Below, in pieces: positions 51,665-62,419 of a stretch of DNA of 64,000 bases (position 1 is its first letter; the number at the start of each line of letters is the position of its first letter). Source of the DNA: Bacteroidota bacterium (GTDB lineage Bacteria > Bacteroidota > Bacteroidia > UKL13-3); contig JAIYCU010000020.1 of the NCBI GenBank assembly GCA_027487835.1, forward strand, positions 10,970 to 74,969. The letters are read 5' to 3'. The notes beneath the pieces are model-generated. The model was not told the DNA's origin. It ran no database searches and saw nothing but the letters and a program-made list of their open reading frames with translations. The position numbers were made by a program, and so were the translations under genes.

Positions 51665-53341
51665 ATGAAAAAGATACATTTACCATTAATTGCAATCTTA
51701 TTGTTTGCATTAAATGTGCGGATTGCTAACGCTGCTTGTGCCCCATCTTTTACAGCTTCTATAAACAACTTTGTAGTAACCTTTACAAATACTTCAACTA
51801 CCACAAGTGGTTTTCCAAATAAAATTATATCCTATTGGAATTTTGGAGACAATACAATTTCCAGTGAAAAGAATCCCGTAAAAACATATACCTCCTCAGG
51901 GTATAAAATAGTTAGTTTAACCATGAATGATTCTTTTGGTTGCGTCCAAACCTTTGTGGATACCATATTAATTACAGCAGTTGGTAATTTTTGCAATGCA
52001 TCTTTTACAAAATCATTTACAGGATTAAGTATTTATTTTCAAAATACTTCAAAAAACACCAATGGCTTAGCGGGTGGTTTAACCTCTATGTGGGATTTTG
52101 GAGATGGCACTACTTCTGTTGCCACGCATCCTACCAAGACATTTGCCACACCTGGAAAAAAGATTGTTAAACTTGTAATAAGGGATAGCGTTCAGGCCTG
52201 TTTTGCAACTAGGATTGATACCTTTTATGTTCATAATGCTAGCACTTGTAATGCGAGTTATGTAAGTTCAAGAAATGGAATGACACTTAATTTTATTAAT
52301 ACCTCCACAACCATTTCAAGTGTGCCTAATAGGGTTACTTATTATTGGGAATTTGGAGACGGAACGGTTTCAAATTTAAAAGACCCTGTTAAAACCTATT
52401 CAAATCAAGGTGCATGGAACGTCGTTCTTAGGATTCAGGATTCTTTAGGTTGCTCTGATGTTGTGTCGGATACTGTTTTTGTAAGTGCAACAGGAACAAA
52501 TTGCAAAGCAGCCTTTAGCAAAAGTGTGAATGGTTTGCTGGTAAATTTTAATAGCTCCTCATTAAACTCAACCGGGTTTAGTGCCGGTCTAAACTACCTT
52601 TGGTCTTTTGGGGATAGCACAACTTCAACACAAAGAAATCCAGTAAAAAACTATCTGACAGGCGGTCCGAAGTTGGTTCAACTTACTATTTCAGACACTA
52701 CCCAAGGATGTTTCGATACGTATTACGACTCGTTATTTTTGGTAGGTCCAACGGTTTATTGCAGTGCAAGGTTTCAAGTAGGTTTTGACACCACCACTCC
52801 TTTTCAATTTTATATTTTAAACACAAGTCTAATTAGACCAAACTCTACTTTTCTTTGGAATTTTGGTGATGGTGGAAGCTCTACCGCATTAGCGCCTTCG
52901 CATACTTACGCTAATTTTGGTTCATACCTTGTTTGTTTAACCGTTTCAGATTCGATGTGCACCAGTACTTTTTGTGATTCAGTAGGGATGGATTCTTCAG
53001 GAACTCTACTTAAACAAGGGAAATTCGGGTTTAGGACTTTGGATTATACTACCTTACTTCCAAGTACCGGAAATAATACTTTGAATTCAAAATTGGAGTA
53101 TTCTATTTATCCAAACCCTACCAATAGCCTTATTAATGTTGAGTTGAACCTAAAGAACGCATCACAAGTTAAATTCATCCTCTCAGATTTTTCTGGAAAA
53201 ATATTGCTGAATAAGGAAATGCAAGCACCTTCTGGTTTGTGGAGTGAAAGCATTAACCTTAGCGAATTACAACCAGCTCTTTATTTGCTGCATATAATAA
53301 CTGATGAAGGTATTAAAATGAGTAAGATAATTAAGAATTAA
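51665..53341 (+). CDS. PKD-repeat protein with T9SS sorting domain
   Basis: Five W.FGD...S...P...Y repeats; IYPNPT...SKIIKN CTD; start at MKKIHL. Confidence 0.92.
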   Translation: MKKIHLPLIAILLFALNVRIANAACAPSFTASINNFVVTFTNTSTTTSGFPNKIISYWNFGDNTISSEKNPVKTYTSSGYKIVSLTMNDSFGCVQTFVDTILITAVGNFCNASFTKSFTGLSIYFQNTSKNTNGLAGGLTSMWDFGDGTTSVATHPTKTFATPGKKIVKLVIRDSVQACFATRIDTFYVHNASTCNASYVSSRNGMTLNFINTSTTISSVPNRVTYYWEFGDGTVSNLKDPVKTYSNQGAWNVVLRIQDSLGCSDVVSDTVFVSATGTNCKAAFSKSVNGLLVNFNSSSLNSTGFSAGLNYLWSFGDSTTSTQRNPVKNYLTGGPKLVQLTISDTTQGCFDTYYDSLFLVGPTVYCSARFQVGFDTTTPFQFYILNTSLIRPNSTFLWNFGDGGSSTALAPSHTYANFGSYLVCLTVSDSMCTSTFCDSVGMDSSGTLLKQGKFGFRTLDYTTLLPSTGNNTLNSKLEYSIYPNPTNSLINVELNLKNASQVKFILSDFSGKILLNKEMQAPSGLWSESINLSELQPALYLLHIITDEGIKMSKIIKN

Positions 53342-53409
53342 AGGATTTTCAATTCTTCACCACGCATTTATTAATTCTGAGTTTCTTTGGGATGCAATTA
53401 AAAAATAAA

Positions 53410-54147
53410 CTATTCTCCAAATACCTTTTTTAAAATTTCGCTTACTCGGTGCAATGGGTCTCTTCTAATTTTTCTTTCTTCGTCGCCTACTTTTACAAAT
53501 AGGCCTTCTAGTGCTTTTTCTGTAACATGTTGGCTCAATGAATTGGTTTTAATTTCTGGCCAAAGAATACCTCCTAAAGAAGCAGTATTGTAGGCATTGA
53601 TTAAATCTGTATAGGCTTTTTCAGCTGAGGTATTTAAGACCAATGGTTTGCTTAATGAACTTTGAATTTTTGGCTTAAATAAGTCGGTTAATGGAATCTT
53701 AGTTTTATCGGCTAAGTAAATAGTTGCAGCAGTGTCTCCACCATTTAAAATAGTGAACCCATCTGCAATACTAATGCCTGTAATGGCTTCTACAAATATA
53801 GTTTTAGCTTCTGGAGCAGCATCTTCTGCTGCCCTGTTTATGGCCATTACGGCATTGTTTAAAAGGCTTTGGCCACCTGGAATGCTGCTTAATACATTGT
53901 ATACAGGTTCAGCTTCCTTAGGCAATAAAATCTTTACTATATCATCTTTGTAATAACCATCCAATGCAGATAAGCGAGTTACCGAAGTGTCTGTGCCTAC
54001 ATTAAGAGCCGTTTTTAAACCTGTAATTACTTCTTCATTACTAAGACCCAAGTCCTCTAAAATTTTTGAAGCTTCTTCACATGAGCTAAAGCTTAAAGAA
54101 CCAAGCAGTAGCCAAAATAGTAGGATGAATTTTCTGCTGTTATTCAT
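53410..54147 (-). CDS. DUF4197 family lipoprotein
   Basis: Lipobox FSSC; GLKTAL..G, INRAAEDA, ALEGLF..EE.KIR.DP..R...LKKVFG. Confidence 0.88.
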   Translation of the reverse strand: MNNSRKFILLFWLLLGSLSFSSCEEASKILEDLGLSNEEVITGLKTALNVGTDTSVTRLSALDGYYKDDIVKILLPKEAEPVYNVLSSIPGGQSLLNNAVMAINRAAEDAAPEAKTIFVEAITGISIADGFTILNGGDTAATIYLADKTKIPLTDLFKPKIQSSLSKPLVLNTSAEKAYTDLINAYNTASLGGILWPEIKTNSLSQHVTEKALEGLFVKVGDEERKIRRDPLHRVSEILKKVFGE

Positions 54148-54227
54148 ATTACAATGATAACAAGTTTTCTTCACATTTGAAAAAGTGCCAACAATACATA
54201 TATTGCATTCCAAACTAAAAATCAAAA

Positions 54228-55922
54228 ATGAGTCAAATAGCTACAACAACAACCCATCCTAAAGGTTTATGGGTATTATTTGGTACAGAAATGTGGGAGC
54301 GATTTAATTTTTATGGAATGCGCGCAATTCTAACCTTATTCATGGTAAATGCACTTTTGATGAAGGAGGAAGATGCCTCTTTAACCTACGGTGCCTTTTT
54401 AGGTTTATGTTATCTAACTCCAATGTTGGGTGGTTTCATAGCAGATAGGTTTTTTGGAAACAGAAATTGCATTTTACTCGGCGGTATTATGATGGCAATT
54501 GGGCAATTTATGCTTTTTGCTAGTGCAAGTGTTTTTGGCACCAACCTAGCTTTGGCAAACACTTTAATGTGGTCTGCTTTGGCTGTTATTATTTTTGGAA
54601 ATGGTTTTTTTAAGCCCAATATTTCTAGTATGGTTGGTAGTTTGTATCCCAAACAAGAAAAAAACAAATTAGATACAGCCTTTACGATTTTTTACATGGG
54701 TATTAATTTAGGTGCATTTTTGGGACAAATGATATGTCCATTTCTTGGAGATGTAAAAGATTCTGGTGGTATCAGAGATATTCACGCTTTTAAATGGGGG
54801 TTTTTAGCTGCATCTGCGGCTATGGTTATTGGGACAGCTGTTTTCTTTTTTCTAAAAGATAAATATGTTGTAACTCCTGATGGTAAGCCATTGGGTGGAC
54901 TTCCTTCAAAAAATGAATCCTCAGATTTTGAAGATGGTGAATCACAAAAAGCGGTATTTACAACTACTTCATTGATAGGTTCAGTAATTGCTTTTATTGC
55001 TTTATTTTTTGCATTTAGATATATGTTAGATGGACATAATTTTGTAAAAACAGTTATCTATCCAATTATCTATGCAAGCGGACTAACACTAGCTGGATTA
55101 ATTGTAACCGATAGTTCATTAACTAAAGTAGAAAGAGAAAGAATTTATGTGATTTATATTGTAGCTTTTTTTATTATTTTCTTTTGGGCCGCCTTTGAGC
55201 AAGCCGGCTCATCATTGACTTTTATTGCCGATAATCAAACAGATAGAACATTCTTATTTGGATGGCAAATGCCTGCTTCTATGATTCAAGTTTTTAATGG
55301 TGTTTTTGTTTTTGCCTTTGCCTTTCCATTTAGCATGCTTTGGGATAAGTTAAGAGCAGCAGGTAAAGAGCCAATTTCTCCTGTAAAACAATCAATTGGT
55401 TTAGGTTTAATTGCTATTAGTTATTTTATAATAGCGCACAATGTGAAAGATTTAGGCAATAGTGGTTTGTTAGGAATTAAATGGTTAATCTTGTTATATC
55501 TTATCCAGACTTTTGCAGAATTATGCCTTTCCCCAATTGGATTATCCTTAGTAGGTAAATTATCACCAAAGAGATTTGCATCTTTGTTATTTGGGGTATT
55601 CTTTCTATCAAATGCTGCTGGTTATGCCCTTGCTGGGACTTTAGGTTCAATACTGCCTGCTACAGGTGATAAATTTATGAAAGCGCAGTCTCTAGGTATT
55701 GATTTGCAAGCTGTTCTGGATAAAACTGTTATCCCTACTGCAGAACAACTAAAACTTTTAGAAGAGAACCAAATTAACCCACAAAACCCTGTTTTTGGCG
55801 GGTTTGAAATTCACAATTTATATGAATTTTTTATGGTGTTTGTGGTTTTAACTGGAATAGCGGCAATTATCTTATTTTTATTAACTCCAATTCTGAAAAG
55901 AATGATGCATGGTGTAAGATAA
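54228..55922 (+). CDS. POT-family proton/oligopeptide MFS transporter
   Basis: EMWERFNFYGMR, GFFKPNIS, FYMGINLG, ELCLSPIG. Confidence 0.95.
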   Translation: MSQIATTTTHPKGLWVLFGTEMWERFNFYGMRAILTLFMVNALLMKEEDASLTYGAFLGLCYLTPMLGGFIADRFFGNRNCILLGGIMMAIGQFMLFASASVFGTNLALANTLMWSALAVIIFGNGFFKPNISSMVGSLYPKQEKNKLDTAFTIFYMGINLGAFLGQMICPFLGDVKDSGGIRDIHAFKWGFLAASAAMVIGTAVFFFLKDKYVVTPDGKPLGGLPSKNESSDFEDGESQKAVFTTTSLIGSVIAFIALFFAFRYMLDGHNFVKTVIYPIIYASGLTLAGLIVTDSSLTKVERERIYVIYIVAFFIIFFWAAFEQAGSSLTFIADNQTDRTFLFGWQMPASMIQVFNGVFVFAFAFPFSMLWDKLRAAGKEPISPVKQSIGLGLIAISYFIIAHNVKDLGNSGLLGIKWLILLYLIQTFAELCLSPIGLSLVGKLSPKRFASLLFGVFFLSNAAGYALAGTLGSILPATGDKFMKAQSLGIDLQAVLDKTVIPTAEQLKLLEENQINPQNPVFGGFEIHNLYEFFMVFVVLTGIAAIILFLLTPILKRMMHGVR

Positions 55923-55925
55923 GCT

Positions 55926-57434
55926 ATGAACAAATTAACTTTAGCAGAAATACAGAATTTTAAAGGCAAGTACCCCAAGCAATTGTGGTACTTGTTTTTT
56001 AGTGAAATGTGGGAACGTTTTAGTTTCTACGGCATGCGCGGAATGCTTATCATTTTTATGGTTAGTAAACTGCAAATGAATTCAGAAGTAGCCAACCTGC
56101 AATATGGCGCAACTCAAGCTTTTGTATACGCATTCACGTTTGTGGGTGGAATGTTTGCTGATAAGATTTTAGGTTATAGGAAATCCCTTTTTTGGGGTGG
56201 AATTCTAATGATTATTGGGAGTGTTATTTTGGCTATTGACCCCACTCGGTTTTTCTTTACTGGTATTGGTTTTACCATAATTGGCACGGGCTTTTTTAAA
56301 CCCAATATTTCTACCATCGTTGGTAAATTATATGCCGAAGGTGATACAAGAACAGATGCAGGTTTTTCTCTCTTTTATGCTGGAGTTAATCTAGGTGCCC
56401 TCATTGGTGGCTACCTCTGCATTGCAGTGGCTAATGGTAATTTACTAGAAAACATAGTACCAGAAGCCTTGCGTTGGAACGTTGCATTTGGTTTTGCATC
56501 TGTGGTAATGGTAATAAGTTTGCTCACTTTTGTAAATACCCAAAAAAGCCTAGGCGAAATAGGGGAGTCGCCCTTGCAAGACTTGCCTAAACATAAAAGG
56601 AACTTGTATGAATGGCTAACCTTTGTTGGCTCCATTGCATTTATTCCGCTTGTAGTGCTCATGGTTTCCAATGCAGATTATACCGATTTGTTTATGAAAA
56701 TTATCGGTCCGTTTTCTTTGGTTTATCTTTTTTACGAAATGAAAAATTTCAATGCCAAAGAGAATAAAAAGCTTTTGGCTGCTTTGGTGTTCATTTTATT
56801 CTCCATTTTGTTTTGGGCCTTTTTTGAACAAAGTGGAGGCTCATTAAGCTTGTTTGCTGCCAATAATTTAAGCAATGAATTGGTGGGTATTAAGCTTGAT
56901 CCAAATGGCGTAAATAATTCAGCCAATTCACTTTTTGTCATTGTATTTGCAGCCTTGGTGGGCATCTTATGGATTTGGATGGCCAAGCTTAAAATAGAGC
57001 CTAATACGGTAGTTAAATTCGGACTCGGGTTTTTGTTTTTAGCAGGTGGTTTTTATGTGTTTTACCAAACCCAATTCTTTGCCAATGAGCAAGGCATTAC
57101 CTCTTTAAACTTATTCACCTTTGGCTGGTTTATCATCACCTTTGGAGAGTTGTGTTTATCGCCAATTGGCATGTCTATCATGACAAAATTATCTCCTCAA
57201 AAATTGCAAGCGGTAATGATGGGAATGTGGTTTTTGGCTAGCGCATATGGACAATATTTGGCCGGAATTTTAGGAGCAAATATTGCCAGTGCCTCAGAAA
57301 ATGCCAATAATTTAGATAAGCTTATTATATACACAAACGGTTATAAACAATTAGCCATTTATGCGCTAATAGCAGGTGTGGTGCTAATTTTGATTTCTCC
57401 ATTAGTTAAAAAATTAATGCAAGAAGTAAAGTAA
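55926..57434 (+). CDS. POT-family proton/oligopeptide MFS transporter (second paralog)
   Basis: EMWERFSFYGMR, GFFKPNIS, FYAGVNLG, ELCLSPIG. Confidence 0.95.
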   Translation: MNKLTLAEIQNFKGKYPKQLWYLFFSEMWERFSFYGMRGMLIIFMVSKLQMNSEVANLQYGATQAFVYAFTFVGGMFADKILGYRKSLFWGGILMIIGSVILAIDPTRFFFTGIGFTIIGTGFFKPNISTIVGKLYAEGDTRTDAGFSLFYAGVNLGALIGGYLCIAVANGNLLENIVPEALRWNVAFGFASVVMVISLLTFVNTQKSLGEIGESPLQDLPKHKRNLYEWLTFVGSIAFIPLVVLMVSNADYTDLFMKIIGPFSLVYLFYEMKNFNAKENKKLLAALVFILFSILFWAFFEQSGGSLSLFAANNLSNELVGIKLDPNGVNNSANSLFVIVFAALVGILWIWMAKLKIEPNTVVKFGLGFLFLAGGFYVFYQTQFFANEQGITSLNLFTFGWFIITFGELCLSPIGMSIMTKLSPQKLQAVMMGMWFLASAYGQYLAGILGANIASASENANNLDKLIIYTNGYKQLAIYALIAGVVLILISPLVKKLMQEVK

Positions 57435-57458
57435 TTTCCCACAAACCATATTTTTAAG

Positions 57459-57493
57459 AAAGGGGCTTGGGTCAAACCGAGCCTCTTTTTTTT
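57459..57493 (+). terminator. Rho-independent terminator containing a copy of the dispersed motif
   Basis: aaggggcttgg-gtcaaa-ccgagcctctt followed by T run. Confidence 0.75.
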
Positions 57494-57504
57494 ATACTTG
57501 TACC

Positions 57505-58227
57505 ATGCTGCAAAATATAGACCTCACCAAAATATTGGTTTTAGACATAGAAACTGTTCCACAATATGCCGCATTTGATAAGTTGCCAGAAACTTGGCAA
57601 TACCTATGGAAGAAGAAAGCGGCTTCTCTTAAAAAAGAACAGGATGAGACCGAAATTGACATTTATCCAAGGGCAGGGATTTATGCAGAATTTGGTAAAA
57701 TTGTTTGCATTTCTTGTGGCTTTTTTAGTAGATCTGGTACTGAGTATTTATTTAGAGTTAAATCTTTTTATGGCGACGAAGAGAAGCGTTTGTTGGCAGA
57801 TTTTGCAAACATGTTAAACGCCCATTTCAATAAACCCGATCACTCTTTGTGCGCGCATAATGGGAAAGAATTTGACTATCCATTTATTGCACGTCGTTGT
57901 TTGCTGAATGGCCTCGAAATTCCTAGTATCTTAAATATTGCTGGCAAAAAACCTTGGGAAATAAACCTTTTAGACACCATGGAACTTTGGAAGTTTGGCG
58001 ATTATAAAAGTTATACCTCATTAGAACTTTTGGCTGCTTCTTTTGATATTCCAACCCCTAAAGATGATATTGATGGCAGCATGGTTTGGAAAGTATATTG
58101 GGAAGAAAATAACTTAGAACGCATTAAAACCTATTGCCAAAAAGATGTGGTAACAGTTGCACAATTGCTGTTAAAATTTAGAAATGAAAAGCTTTTGCAT
58201 GAATCAATGGTGCAAATGATTGACTAA
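57505..58227 (+). CDS. PolB-like DnaQ-family 3'-5' exonuclease
   Basis: LDIETVP, AHNGKEFD, LDTMELW, YCQKDV. Confidence 0.9.
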   Translation: MLQNIDLTKILVLDIETVPQYAAFDKLPETWQYLWKKKAASLKKEQDETEIDIYPRAGIYAEFGKIVCISCGFFSRSGTEYLFRVKSFYGDEEKRLLADFANMLNAHFNKPDHSLCAHNGKEFDYPFIARRCLLNGLEIPSILNIAGKKPWEINLLDTMELWKFGDYKSYTSLELLAASFDIPTPKDDIDGSMVWKVYWEENNLERIKTYCQKDVVTVAQLLLKFRNEKLLHESMVQMID

Positions 58228-58230
58228 ATG

Positions 58231-59349
58231 TCAAACGTTTAGCTTTTTCATCAGGTTTTGAATAATCCCGGTCCAGCTGTAGGTTTCAAAAAATTGTATT
58301 GGTAATGGGTTTCGGTTTGAACCAAAATGCGTTTGAACCAATTGAATGAAAGCGTCCCAATCTTGGTCTTTGGCAACTTTTAAATGATCGCCACAAACAT
58401 TAGGGTTAATTCCTTCTGCACCTGTTGTCGTTGAAATTACAGTTTGTCCTCTTCCTAAAGTATCAATGGCTTTGGTTTTAACTCCACCGCCGCTTAGAAT
58501 AGGATTAATCATAACATCTACACCATCAATATAGGTTTCTATATCTTCTACAAAGCCAAGGTAATGAATGTTTTTTATGGCAGCTAGGCCTTGAACCAAC
58601 TCTGAAGGTAAGTTCTTGCCACAAATAAGAATGCTAAACTGCTCTCCCATTTGTTGCTTTAAACGAGGGTAAATCTCATCTTTAATAAAAGCCACTGCAT
58701 CGTAATTGGGTTTATAGCTTAAGGTTGCAAAAAACAACAAAAGCTTATGTTCTGCTAGTAGTTGATGCCGCTCAAGCAGCAACTGGCGTGCGTTTACAAC
58801 CTTAGTAGGTAATTCACTTTGTGGAATTCCATATGGGGTGAGTAAGGTTTGGTTCAACCCTAAACCAAATTGTGTAATGGCTTTATGTTGGTCTATATCA
58901 CTTACAAAAATCACCAAATTACTTTGTCTGTAAACAAATCTTTCATAAACATAAAGTAGGCGCCACCAGGGTTTTCCCATGCTCTTAAAACGCAGGTATT
59001 CTATATTGTTGCTTCTAATAAAAACTTGTTTGCCAGTAAACCATTTAAAGAAAGGAATCATCCAACCCATCCAAGGTTGGTCAAAAAAAATGGCATCTGC
59101 CTTAAATTGCTTTATTTTGGTCAAGAGTTTAGGCAATAAAAAAATATTGGCATACCTACTTTGCTTAAAGCGCATGCCAAAGTCTATTTTAAAACTAAAG
59201 TCTTTTTTGTCTATAGGTTTATAGGGGTCAACCGTAAACACCATCATCTCATTCACCCTTGCCATATATTCCAAAATATTTTGGGTAGATATTTCACCAC
59301 CAGTAGTGGCAGGCAAAAAGGGATAGGAGATGATGGCGTAAATTCTCAA
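58231..59349 (-). CDS. Glycosyltransferase family 4
   Basis: NNIEY, Y.PNYDA, GFVEDI, NPILSGGGVKTK, STTTGAEG. Confidence 0.9.
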   Translation of the reverse strand: MRIYAIISYPFLPATTGGEISTQNILEYMARVNEMMVFTVDPYKPIDKKDFSFKIDFGMRFKQSRYANIFLLPKLLTKIKQFKADAIFFDQPWMGWMIPFFKWFTGKQVFIRSNNIEYLRFKSMGKPWWRLLYVYERFVYRQSNLVIFVSDIDQHKAITQFGLGLNQTLLTPYGIPQSELPTKVVNARQLLLERHQLLAEHKLLLFFATLSYKPNYDAVAFIKDEIYPRLKQQMGEQFSILICGKNLPSELVQGLAAIKNIHYLGFVEDIETYIDGVDVMINPILSGGGVKTKAIDTLGRGQTVISTTTGAEGINPNVCGDHLKVAKDQDWDAFIQLVQTHFGSNRNPLPIQFFETYSWTGIIQNLMKKLNV

Positions 59350-59367
59350 GTTAATTGAAATTCAATT

Positions 59368-60852
59368 TTATTGAATGATCAGCTTTTGAATTTGCGTTTG
59401 ATTTTCGCTAATTACTTTTAAGAGGTAAGTGCCAGTTGCCAAGTTAGAAATTGCGCTTAAATCTAAACTATACTTTGCTTGCGTACTGGTATCAACGTCT
59501 TTGTTGTAAATTAATTTACCTGTAAGGTCTAATAAACTAATTGAAAGCACTTTTGTGCCATTGGTATTAATTTGTACCCATTCATTTTTACCTACAGGGT
59601 TAGGATATACTAGCAAAGGATTAGCCACCACACCTTTGGTTTCTCCAAGGCTATTGGCCAATTGGTAACAAATCTTTAATTGAGGCCATTTTGTTTGGTC
59701 CTGATGGTCGGAGTTAGCAAAAATTAAACTTCTAAATTTAACCTCATCCACTAATTTGAGCATCATGCCAAAACTAGAATTTTTATTGTTGTACATATCA
59801 GCCACCAAATTTTTAACATCAATATTTAAATAATTTTGGGTGGAAGAATTACTTTCAGGTAGATTAACTCTATTAGTTGCACTTGTAGTAGGTTGGTTAT
59901 TCCAATTTACAGAATTTTCATCCCAAGTGCTGGTGATTCTTTCAAGAAAACACGCGTTTGAACCTGATAGGGTAGAATGCAATTGCGGATGGTCTGAGGT
60001 GGTATTGCAATATAAATTCAGGTAAGCTTCTGTAATGGTAGCATTCGCTGGAATACCGCTTAGGTCGAAATCAATTAAAGCCCTTGAAACAAATTCACCT
60101 CCACTTGTCCAAGCAATAGCCGCAAAATTTGGATAGCTTCCATAATTTGTAGTTGGTGTATTAGAGGTAATCCAAGCATCTTTACCCGCTGTAGCACCTG
60201 GCCTTAAAGTAATGCAAGGGTCGTTTGAAGGTAATTTATACGTAATTACAAGTTTTGGTCTTTTATTAGCATTAATATGTTCTGAGTTAGCAAAAACTAA
60301 ACTTCTAAACTTTTGTTCGGTTGCCAATTTTATCATAAATCCATGATTATTTGTTGGATTGGCAAGCATATCAGTTACCCAATTTTGAACATTAATGTCA
60401 AGGTAATCTTGTGTGGCAGTAGTAGAGGCTGCTAAAGTAATTTGATCTACTATGCTTGTATTAGGTTGATTGTTCCAATTAACCCCAAATTCTGTCCAAC
60501 TATTAGTGATTCTTTGTAGAAAACAGGTATTAGCTCCTGATAAAGTAGAGTGCAATTGCGAGTGGTCTGAGGTTGTATTGCAATACAATGATAGTTTTGC
60601 TTCAAGGATAATAGCATTGCTTGGAATACTGCTAAAATCAAATTGCATTAATCCTCTCGACACAAAATCACCGCCGCTGCTCCACGCAATGGCTGCAAAG
60701 TTGGCATAGTTTCCAAAGTTTGTAGTAGGTACATTTGAACTAATCCAAGCATCTTTTCCTTTGGTTGAATCTGGTTGTAATGTAACTGTAGTTTGTGCAT
60801 AGCCTGTTGCTGTTAAAGCAAGCATTAAGGCAATTTGTAAGGCTTTCTTCAT
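59368..60852 (-). CDS. Tandem DNRLRE (CBM96-like) domain protein with T9SS sorting domain
   Basis: Two ~185-aa repeats (GKDAWI..TNFG..FD.S.IP.NA.I.EA.L.LY..W.E..VNWNNQP..P.L); VYPNP...QKLIIQ CTD; start at MKKALQ. Confidence 0.88.
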   Translation of the reverse strand: MKKALQIALMLALTATGYAQTTVTLQPDSTKGKDAWISSNVPTTNFGNYANFAAIAWSSGGDFVSRGLMQFDFSSIPSNAIILEAKLSLYCNTTSDHSQLHSTLSGANTCFLQRITNSWTEFGVNWNNQPNTSIVDQITLAASTTATQDYLDINVQNWVTDMLANPTNNHGFMIKLATEQKFRSLVFANSEHINANKRPKLVITYKLPSNDPCITLRPGATAGKDAWITSNTPTTNYGSYPNFAAIAWTSGGEFVSRALIDFDLSGIPANATITEAYLNLYCNTTSDHPQLHSTLSGSNACFLERITSTWDENSVNWNNQPTTSATNRVNLPESNSSTQNYLNIDVKNLVADMYNNKNSSFGMMLKLVDEVKFRSLIFANSDHQDQTKWPQLKICYQLANSLGETKGVVANPLLVYPNPVGKNEWVQINTNGTKVLSISLLDLTGKLIYNKDVDTSTQAKYSLDLSAISNLATGTYLLKVISENQTQIQKLIIQ

Positions 60853-60871
60853 GGGATTGGTTTTATAAGAT

Positions 60872-61771
60872 TTATTTATAGACTTCAATAATCATTCTAT
60901 CGCCTGGTACCCCAAACCATTTGGTTAAATAGTAATTGAGGTATTGAAAGGCCAGCTTAAATGTATTTTCTGCAAAGTTTCCTCTTAATGTAATAGTGCT
61001 GGGTGGCTTTATATCTTCTTTGATAATAATTTTCTTGAACCCACATTTCTCAAACATAGTTCTAGCGGTTTTGGCATTGAACTCTGTTAAATGATAGGGT
61101 GGGATATACATGGTTTTTTGTGAACCTATCAATTTATAAATGAAGAAGGCAATCCTACTAGAAATTAGGTTAAGTGTGCCTGGTAATTGAATTAAGGCAA
61201 CCCCGCCTGGCTTTAGAATTTTATAGGTTAATTCCATTGCCTCTGTTGGGTTGGTAAAATGTTCAAGAACATCGCCCATCATAATTACATCAAAGTAATT
61301 TTCATCCAATTCTTTGTTAATTAAATCAACAGAATAGGGTTTATTGATGATGTTAATGCCAAAATTTTTCCTGCCAAATTCTGCGGCAAAGGTTGACAAT
61401 TCTATTCCTTTTACATTGTAACCGTTTTTGCTTAGGACATAAATAAAATTTCCAGTAGCGCAACCCACATCCAGAATATTTCCTGATTCGCAATACTTTT
61501 TTATTTGCTGAATGCCTTCTTGGTAATCCCCTTTGCTCAAAATTTCTAGGTAAGAAACCTCCATATGGTGGGTTTGCTTATCGTCTGAGGTAAAATAATC
61601 ATCTTCATACATTTCTTTTATTTCTTCATCACTTGGCCTAGGCCATATAGAAACTAAAGAGCAGCTATTACAAGAAACACCCCATAAAAATCTATCCTTG
61701 AATGCATACCTAAAAGGAATTGTCTTTCCATCTTCACCACCACATAGGTTGCATTTAAACTTTACATTCAT
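60872..61771 (-). CDS. Class I SAM-dependent methyltransferase with N-terminal Cys motifs
   Basis: CNLC, CNSC, LDVGCATG, GIELS, DVLEH, LKPGG. Confidence 0.9.
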   Translation of the reverse strand: MNVKFKCNLCGGEDGKTIPFRYAFKDRFLWGVSCNSCSLVSIWPRPSDEEIKEMYEDDYFTSDDKQTHHMEVSYLEILSKGDYQEGIQQIKKYCESGNILDVGCATGNFIYVLSKNGYNVKGIELSTFAAEFGRKNFGINIINKPYSVDLINKELDENYFDVIMMGDVLEHFTNPTEAMELTYKILKPGGVALIQLPGTLNLISSRIAFFIYKLIGSQKTMYIPPYHLTEFNAKTARTMFEKCGFKKIIIKEDIKPPSTITLRGNFAENTFKLAFQYLNYYLTKWFGVPGDRMIIEVYK

Positions 61772-61885
61772 GTATCAAAAATTGCGATTTAACTAAGTAT
61801 GCAAGTATAAAATTATAATTTCAAAAAACCTTTTTTAACGCCATTTTTTGATGAATAACAATTAAAAGTTTTGTTATTTTGAGCG

Positions 61886-62419
61886 ATGAGTACAATTGCA
61901 CTTCACCAGCTAAATTTTAATAAATTTATAGATAAAGAAACTATCCAAAATAGGATAATAAGTTTGGCCGCAGAAATTACCCAAGAAATGCGAGACGAAA
62001 ATCCATTATTTATTGTGGTTTTAAATGGCTCCTTCATCTTTGCAGCCGATTTGTTGAGGCATCTTGATTTCGCCTGTGAAATTGAATTCGTAAAAGTTAG
62101 CAGCTACGCTGGCACCCAAAGCACAGGCGTGGTTAAACAAGTGATAGGGTTAAATCAATCCATCGAAAATAGATCCATTATTATCCTAGAAGATATCATC
62201 GATTCTGGATTAACCATTGATTTTTTACTTCAGGACTTGTCTCGGTTCAAACCGAAAGAAATTAAAATTTGCAGTTTGTTATTAAAACCAGAAGCCTTAC
62301 TTGTAAAGCTTCTGGTTCATTATATTGGCTTTGAAGTTGCCAATGATTTTTTAGTAGGATATGGCTTAGATTATAATGGACTTGGTAGAAATTTACCGCA
62401 TATTTATAAAGCGGTTTGA
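61886..62419 (+). CDS. hpt: Hypoxanthine phosphoribosyltransferase
   Basis: VLNGSFIF, SSYAGT, EDIIDSGLT, FLVGYGLDY. Confidence 0.96.
   Translation: MSTIALHQLNFNKFIDKETIQNRIISLAAEITQEMRDENPLFIVVLNGSFIFAADLLRHLDFACEIEFVKVSSYAGTQSTGVVKQVIGLNQSIENRSIIILEDIIDSGLTIDFLLQDLSRFKPKEIKICSLLLKPEALLVKLLVHYIGFEVANDFLVGYGLDYNGLGRNLPHIYKAV

Noticed and set aside
54228..57434. Tandem POT transporters as a recent duplication
   Set aside because: The paralogs are clearly divergent, and tandem POT pairs are common in Bacteroidota
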